A DNA stretch of 64,000 nt. Source: Chrysomallon squamiferum. Its lineage: Eukaryota; Animalia; Mollusca. The notes beneath the pieces are model-generated. The model saw only the letters and a program-made list of their open reading frames with translations, did not search any database and had not been told where the DNA came from. Below, piece after piece: positions 53,121 to 64,000 of the stretch (positions are counted from its first letter, which is position 1; every line of letters starts with the position of its first letter). The DNA lies in contig CM022668.1 in the NCBI GenBank assembly GCA_012295275.1, positions 124,001 to 188,000 of the forward strand. Direction: 5' to 3'. The position numbers were made by a program, and so were the translations under genes.

Positions 53121-55014
53121 TCCTCTGGTTCAGACGACCCTTCGCGTTTTTTCAGCTGCAAAGATGAAAATGACCGTCTTAAGGATTATAAAGCCGAAAT
53201 TATTGTCAAATGAGAATACTACCCGGAAAATAAGCCGGAAAAAATAGCCAATAAAAAAGCAATAGATGTAGACCTGTTTCTGCCGGAGAAGTAGCGATTG
53301 TCCGTCTAAGCTGTTCTCAGCCAGAGCTTACTCGGGTTATTGCTACAACATGAGCAGTACCAGTTAGTAGTAGCAGCAGCATCAGCAGTAATAATAAAAT
53401 AAATAGACAAATTACACATTTAACATGACTCGATCTTGGTACCTGCACATGTTGAGTATAACGTCCATGATAGACTGATATTTTGCTTTGTCTACACAGT
53501 TTACTTTTCAGTCAATAAGAAACGTAGATAAAGAAATATATAAAGGTACTTGGCTTACGCGGTATTTGGCGCCATCACACTTACTTCGTCGTTTAGAGAG
53601 AAAGAGAAACAGCTTTGCTGGTACAGAGGAAATGATGCGTGGCGGAGATAGACGAGAACAATTTACTCTCTCACATTGCTCAGTTTGTTCTAGAAACCAA
53701 AGCTTCTTGATTATTTGTCCAGGAAAGGCACACTTCAACCCTCGATGTACAAAATGTTTGAACTGATTGAAGAGACATTAAAATGTTATTTTAACAACAA
53801 CAATACTACTATAAATGATAATAATGGTACTGGTAGTAGTATGATGGTAGTAATGGACGTAGTAATAGTAGAAGTAGTTGTACTAGTAGTACCAGAAAAC
53901 TGTTTTACATTTCTTTTACACAGTATTAATAAATAAATTAGTTAATGTGATAAAAAGATATCTGATATGTTTCTGCATAAATCACCTTTGTTTTTATTGT
54001 TCTTGATGTTGTTTATTTTGCTGCTACTGCAATTGTTGCTTTTGTTTCAGTGCTTATTATTATTATTGTTGTTGTTGTTGTTGTTGTTGTTATTTTATTG
54101 TACCTTACTCTACATTTCTTATTTTATTAATTTATTCCATAGTAAAGAACTAGTTGAACTGAATTCATTTTGAATGTAGGCATATTTCAAGAGACAGCTC
54201 AGGGGGAATGAAAAAACAAGGAATGGAAAGGATCGTTTTGAAGCGTCTACATGATACGTGCAATTTTCTGTTTATTGTGAAAATATTCCTCGTTTCTGAC
54301 ATTGAGCCTGCCCAAGTAAATAATCATAATTTTATTACAATAATTCTGTTTTATTCCTTTTTATCTTTATATTTCCAGTTAGGAAACGCCCTTTCAGATA
54401 AGTTCTCCTCTTCCTCCAGAGAAGACAAAAAAGTCCAACAAATTCTATAAAGTAAAAACGAAGAATCACACAACCAAATCGGAATCGAATCCAACAGAAT
54501 GTTTATATATCCAAAAATCACAGTAACTACCTCTTTAAAATTTCCTTATTAAAATTATGGATTCGCTATTGAAAAAAAAAAAAAAAAATGAAGAATGTTT
54601 TTTTAAGGAATGATAAGAAAAGAAAAAGAAACAGACGAACACATTTTCTCCAGGCTTCTGCTCTCAACGCAAAGCGAGAAAGCGCGAGCATACTTCATTT
54701 CTGCTAAAGCTATTCTCCTTACGACAAATGTACGTTAACGTTTTCATCGGCGTTGAGTGACGATGAACGGGCTGTGGAGCTGGTCTCGCTAGCCGGGACC
54801 ATTGGCAACTATAAATCATGCAGTTTTGATTACAGCTCACTGAGTTTTATTACTCTTTTATCGACCAAACAAAAAATCATTGATGACATACGGCGATAAA
54901 CGCGCACGCGCACCGCTGGTAAATGGCTCGTTCGATGACGTCATCAGCGAGGAAGTTTCATAGGGATAAAAGGTGTTTTAGACATTACTGTTATAGGATG
55001 TTGGACTCTTCTCT

Positions 55015-55093
<79 letters not shown>

Positions 55094-55660
55094 ACCCTCA
55101 TGTATATATAATATGGTTATAAACACGTGCCCATACCCACACAAACATACATATATACATACACACCAGTTATATATATATATATATATATATGGAATAA
55201 CTGGTTATTGTCAACTTTATCCTGCTAACAATAGAGAGAGACTCTACCAAGTTCATAAACACATAAAAGCAGACACACAGACATACATGCATACATACAT
55301 TTTTTATTTTGCTTGAACCATAATATGATCACATTTAGAGAAAAATTATTTATTTATTATATGTATTTTGTAATCTAATTCCTCTTAACTGGCTGGAACG
55401 TGACAGGTTTAATAGAATCCACAATGGAGAATAGATCGTGTGACCCTCAGATGAATAGGGCAGGTTTAATGCCTTGTAAATGAGATGCTGCAATCCATTA
55501 CGCGCCCTGGTGTGGTAAACGCTGCGGGTGATGGTTACAAAAATCACTGGTGCATGACGTTCAATGACCCATGATCCATGCGACATGTTAATGAGATAAA
55601 TGACTGCACGTGTGGCTGACACGAACATCCCGGATGTGTGTTATCAGACAGTAAATACAG

Positions 55661-55761
<101 letters not shown>

Positions 55762-57602
55762 ATACCAGCAGTGCACAGTAATAGTAGTGGAAATAGTAGC
55801 AGTATCAGTAATACTAGTATTACTAATATTAAAAATAGTAGAAGTTGTAGTTTTCTATTGCTGCTGCTTTGCTATTGCTATTATTGTTGCTGTTGTTGCT
55901 ATTTTAGTTATTATTAGTATTATTATTATAATTATTATTATTACTGTGATCGTCATATAATCATCATTTCAACGCGAGAACACGTACAGACAAACAGACG
56001 TATGGAAGGTTTTTCAAACGTACGATAGTTACCTCTTAGACTAATGTTTTTCCTAGTATAACAGAAAACCGCGTAAATGATTTCCACAGCTGTAGACACA
56101 AACGTGTCAAAGAAAAAAAAAATGACTTGTTTTATTTTTATCGCCTGTATTATACATCACCATTTATGTAAACTACCACAACACAATTTACATCATAACA
56201 ACGTCGTCTACGCAGATCATAACAACATCATCAATGTATATGATAACAACATTATCTATGTACCATTTATTATAGCATCCAGTTTCTACCTAAGGACAGT
56301 TTCATTTGACATCTACGCCTAAAATAAAATAAAATAAATAATGAGTGAAATGTAAATATGTTTATAATAATAATAATAATACTAATAATAATATGATGAT
56401 GATGATATCGATGATAATCAATATAATAATAATAACAACAACAACAATAACAATAGTAATAATAATAATGTTGATGATGATGACGAAGATGATATTGTTG
56501 CTTTTAGAATAATAACGATGACATATTAAGATATGGCTTATATGAAGTACTAGTACAAGAACAATAATAACAAAAACTATCACATCTTTTATTATAATTA
56601 TCTAAATTCTTGTAACTGTTCCTGCTACTCTGTCAACCATAACAACTACTTCTAAATCTTGTGTTACTATTACTACTACCACTACACGACTACTATTATT
56701 ACTACTACTATAGTTACTATTGTACTACAATTATTACTTTACCTACAACATTACCTACTATCTCTTTAATTATTACTATGACTGCTACCAATTTTTTTAT
56801 GATATTATTATTAGTGCTACTATAACTATTACTAATATTACTGCTACCATTACTCAGATTAGCTATTTGTCTATTTATCTACATATCTGTATCTATGCCC
56901 ACACATACACATACACACACACACACCCATACAGACACACAAACACATGCAATTTAATAAAGTGAAATATTTATATCTGCTGCCAAACACATTTAAAACA
57001 TTTCTGAAGATGAGAAACATTCTGGAAGAGAGGAAACTCGATAGCACATCTTCAGAAACCACGTGTCACAGAAAACGGCATCAAACGAACGAAAGCGAGC
57101 AGACTGCGAAATTGTATAATTTGGTTGATTATTTCAATCTGAGTTCATATTCAGCGTATACACGAGTCATAAATGTTGTCTGACGTAACACCGCGCACGT
57201 TCGTTCTGGCGCGGAATCAGCCTCTACAACAGACGGCGTTAACATTGAAAATCTATAATTTCCAGATAGCGATCGATGCGCCGCAGTCTTGAAAAGGAAT
57301 TCATGAGAGAGGAAGAAAACAGGTCACGTTCGTGTTTGAAATGGCGTGAACAAAGTTACGTCTGCATTCATCTTGTAAAAATAAAATAAAATAATAATAT
57401 ACTTTTAAAAAAATAAGGGGAAAAAAAGGAAAAAAATATTTGAGAAGTAGTAACAGTTTCAAATACTGGCTTTAAAGATTGATAAGAAGTGAATAATCGA
57501 GAAATAGACTATCAAACTGAAATGTATTGGGACTGTGAATACACTTTTTGAGTTCATTTTAAATCATTTGTCTTCTTCTTCTTCTTCTATTATTATTATT
57601 AT

Positions 57603-57660
<58 letters not shown>

Positions 57661-58716
57661 CATTTATTTGACAAAAGATTCAATTTCTCACAAAGTTCTT
57701 ATCATATTTATACTCAATATTCTTTAGATTACAGAACTTCTGCGTTTAAATAAAAATCGTCACGCAAGAAAAAAGCACAACAATAAGAACAATAACAACA
57801 ACAACAACAATGATCATGATGATAAAAACAGTAATAACAACAACAAAATATAAAAAAGATGAAGAAACACAACGTTTTAGTTTAAATACAAAACGCAGCT
57901 CAAGTGCAATAAATTAATTTTTTAAACTGTAGTTTGACGTAACATCAGTGACGTGAGGGAAAAACAACACAGTTAAAATAGTTGCTAAGTAACATTTCTA
58001 TTTAATGATCCTAAATATTCTGAAACTGAAACAGAGAAAGAAAAAATAAGAAAAATAATTTAATGTTTGGTCATAAATCTTATTATTTTGCTTCTTCTTT
58101 GTAAAATTTATGTATTTTGTATTTAATTTTGTTTTTCTTATATTTTTAATAAGTGCATAAATACAGACATGTATGTGTGTGTGTAGCGTAGGGTAGTAGT
58201 AGTTGGCGTTGAAGTAAACCATTAGATAAAATGTGACTTCGTTGCAGTGAAAGACAGAGGCAGAGAAAAATTAATGTTTCCTTAATGTAAATTTAAACGC
58301 GCTAAAATATGAAACACGTACGAAATATAATATTAAGCATAACAGATTGAAGATAAGTCCAGAGATGTGTAGTAGTATCTGTCGGACAGACAGACAGATC
58401 GATGGCTACTTCTGATACCAATAATAATTTCATTTCTATGTCTTATCGTAATGTTTAGTGGTTATATAAAATAAAATAAAAATGTGTTCCGTTGATGCCA
58501 CGCGCATGCTACTCAAACCGGAAGCTATTCCCTCGTGATTAACAGGAAGTACCGTGTATTTTTGTTCTCTGTTTATTTCTTTGAGATTAACTGTAGCAGT
58601 TTCAAAGGTCATCTCCACATATCACTTAAACAAAACTACAATTAACTGAACTCAGATTTTTCTACGTAAAAATAAAACACACGGATAAAAGGAGAAAGCG
58701 AAATGGAAAATGGCAG

Positions 58717-58775
<59 letters not shown>

Positions 58776-61700
58776 GTAAAATAATACGGAATAAAAATAA
58801 CAATGAAGCAAAATTACGAATGGACAAAAACTGGAAAGGAAAAGAAAAGAAAGAAATGCTAAACGATTCCTCTTCTTAACATATGAACTATTTCTATAAA
58901 TAACACATGAACTATTTCTATTTCTATAAATACAACTAAAATTTCAACTTTTATTAGTACTACCACCACTTCTACCACTAATAGTCCTACTACGACTTTT
59001 ATTAATAATAGTATTACTACTGCTATTATCAACAATACTGCCATTGCTATTTCTATTTATATAACTTCAGTATTTATTAGTACTAATAATACTACGATTT
59101 CTACAACTAATAGTAATACTACTTCTTCTAGTAATTTAGTACTATACTAGTGATACTACTAAGTATAACTGCCAACAACTGTACTACTACTTTTTCTATT
59201 AATACTAATACAACTTCAGCTTCTATTACTACTTGTATTAGTAGTAATTTACCATATATACTGCTAATAGTGCAAATATTACTTCAACAAATACTACTAC
59301 TACTACTATTATGATTTATTGCTAAAAATAGGACAAAACCTAAATCCAGTTAATAACAGTATTGATAACAAATCATGAAATGTCCATTAAGCAATCTATA
59401 ACCTAGTAACTAATTTATTCTGTATTATTAGCAGAACAATAAAAATTACACGTCACCACAACATACGGCCATTTTATGACCGCAAGAAAACACTTTCGGA
59501 AATAAAAGTATTAAACTCAGAATGTTAATGACGTCGGCTATCAAATCCCTTTCGTAATTTTCTTCACATTTACCGTGACCTAGTTTCATGTCGAACTTCC
59601 GGTCTCGTTTTCAACCGTAATGCGGTTCTTCACTATAGAGCGACTATACCGGAATTTTAAAAACGCTCTCCGTTAATGCATTACACCTAAACCATACTAA
59701 CCTTTTCCGAGCTAGTATTGTCCTTCTGGTTTGAATTTTCACACAAACTATTCTTTGTTCTTTTTTAATTCTTTGCGTCTGATTTGTAAAGCCTTACTGT
59801 CCAATGACAAATTCTACCAGCTTTCCGTGAATGTATTTGACGTAAGAAATAATCTACCCATAATGCGAACATTTTCTTTGTCGTCTAGGCTTTTGTTCAA
59901 AGCATAGTAAGAAGAAATATATATATATATATATATTTTAATTTATTTATTTATAATCATCATCTTCATTATTATTATAATTTTATTATTATTATCATCA
60001 ACATCATTATCATCAAGTTATTTTTTACTGATACAGATACAACAAAACAAATAAAATAGAATAAAACAAAACAAATATACTTAAACTCAAAACACTAAGC
60101 AAGATTACATCCTCACAGCTGATTTTCGTTAAACAGCAACTCATGTTATTTCTATAATTAAAACCAGATAGCAGTTCGCACCGGAAGTGACATCGTCCTG
60201 TCTCTTTGATGAACCCGACAAAGATAGAATTCCAGCAATAAATAACGGAGAGAGAAATTCAAATTTCTGTTTACGCTTCACAGTTACGACAGGCGAAATA
60301 AGACGTTGCTATTATCGTGTTAGTTATGAAGTTCCAGGGTAGACAGATTAAGCGAACACCGCCCACTGATAAACATATTAATATTATCTATGATAGATTT
60401 TACTATCTTTGACTTATACATTAACTGTTATCTAGGATTTTACACTGACGTACGTATATAAATACATACAGAGAGATGCAGAGAGAGAAAAGGGATAGGG
60501 ATTCCAAAAGAGGGAAGGGAAAAAAGAAAGATACAGAGATATTCAGACATGTTATAGACAGAAAAAGAAACAGAAGGAAAACAATTATACAGATATAGTG
60601 GAGATAGAGTGTGCAGGGCAGCAGGAGAGATGAGAGTTTTGGAGAGAGAGAAACATAGATATAGACTGACAAATGTAGGTATAATGGTCTTCATGTTTGT
60701 TATGTGTGCCAAACATGCAGTAAAATTCACAATCATATTTATGAATGTGTATAATAATAACAAAAACACCGATAAGAATAACAGAAGCAAGAACAACATA
60801 AATAAAACAATAGTAGAAACTGCAGCAGAAGCAATATTGGTAGTAATTTTAATGCAACACTAAAAATAAAACGATAAGAACAGTAACAACAGTAACAATA
60901 ATAATAAGGACATCGAGTATTTAGCTGAGACTTGAAACTAAGGAGTTCTTTAAGACTTATCATGTAGATAAAATGGAGGAAACAAAAAAAGATGAATGTC
61001 TGTACTTAATTCAACAGGCACACTAGACCTGTCACGTGCAATCACGTGCAATCAATGCTTCCATAGTACTTTGGGGTTTTTCTTTGTATATTTCTCATCT
61101 TTATTTCTTCTTCTCATCATTTTTTCGTTCTTCTGTCTTTCTTTCGTTTCCACTTTTTCAACCAGTATTGTTACTACTACGTCCACAACTACTAGCAGGA
61201 CAATTAGGATAACTACTTTCTTTACTACAAGTACTACTACGACAACTACGTCTGCTCCTACTATCATTATTACTATATTTACAGTTATTGCTCTCTTTAC
61301 CACTGCTACTACTGCTATTGCTATTACTACTACTGATTCACATATGCTCTCTGTGTGTGTGTGTGTGTGCGTGTGTGTGTGTGTGTGTGTGTTAACGGAT
61401 CTAAAATTATTTTCATAACAATGAAATTTGTAATATATTTATTGAAAGCATTTTAAAAGATAAAATTCTGAGCTTAATACCGTAGCTGCCTAAAGTAAGT
61501 TTTGGGGTGAAAATGGAGTTTTAAAAGAAATTATGAAAACTTCGTTCATTCAAACAACGTTTTCAATTGTTCTTTGTTTGTTTGTTGTTGTTGTTGTTGT
61601 TTTTTGTTTGCTATTTTCGCATTAGTAAATCGAATAACTACTTAATTTTTCTAATATTTCTAAGCTGATCCCAGAGACTGGCAAACGACCTTCCAGGGCG

Positions 61701-62244
61701 TGGAGTGCATCCACATGTAATAGAAATTGCTACTTTCAACAAACAGCCAACAATAAATAAATAAATAAATAAGAAAGGAAGTAATAGAGTTAGAAAATAA
61801 TCACACCCTCTTTTTTTATGTTTGGATCCGCCCTTACATTTTACAGTGTTTCATGAAAGTGTAAGTAGGCTGTAGCGAAGAGGTGTAATAATGTCAAGCA
61901 GAAAACTAACACTGCAACCATTGTCACAATACAACATTAATTTGTACAGCGACTGTCGATCTGATACCGTGTTGCCAAATCACGAATACCCAGGCAAAAA
62001 GAAATTATTTTTTAACGATAGGAATGTTATTTACCTCATTTTTTCTTCTTTCTTTCTTTCTTTTCATCGTCTTTTTTACTTCTCCTTGTTGTTTTCCTTT
62101 TATTTCTTCTGTTTAATTTTTTTCATTTTATTTTTCATTTCATTTCATTCTCTTTTTTTCATTTCTTTCTGTTTCTTCAGTCTTCCTTTATTTATTTTTC
62201 TTATATTCTTCTTTCCTTCTTTGTTCTTTTTTATTTCCAATTGT

Positions 62245-63990
<1,746 letters not shown>

Positions 63991-64000
63991 TTTTCATTTA

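Overview
This is an AT-rich, microsatellite-dense animal (metazoan) window, probably molluscan and possibly gastropod; the taxon is an inference. Two protein-coding genes point away from each other about 25 kb apart. One is the first coding exon of a CTD small phosphatase (CTDSP/SCP) gene on the minus strand (5591-5666), which the ORF track misses; the rest of that gene lies off the left edge. The other is a complete single-exon-CDS Frizzled-1/2/7 receptor on the plus strand (30766-32544). Between them lie two tRNA-Leu(TAG) genes with a hAT MITE between them, a 48-bp minisatellite, a 3.5-kb multi-tier 40-bp satellite packed with GTAAGT, an internally deleted Buster/Charlie hAT transposon with a perfect 8-bp TSD, and a 667-bp FLYWCH-bearing Mutator-like element with a TSD. 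Downstream of Frizzled is a gene-free region with two more tandem arrays and many short CpG-containing islands rich in bZIP, ETS and nuclear-receptor motifs. CpG looks depleted at 1-5.1 kb and about 33.1-37.3 kb, suggesting methylated transcribed domains. Nearly all other ORFs in the track are microsatellite artefacts. I found no CRISPR or other prokaryotic system and cannot claim a proven new system. The best leads are the satellite architecture, a candidate CTDSP microexon and alternative donor, and the Frizzled regulatory landscape.
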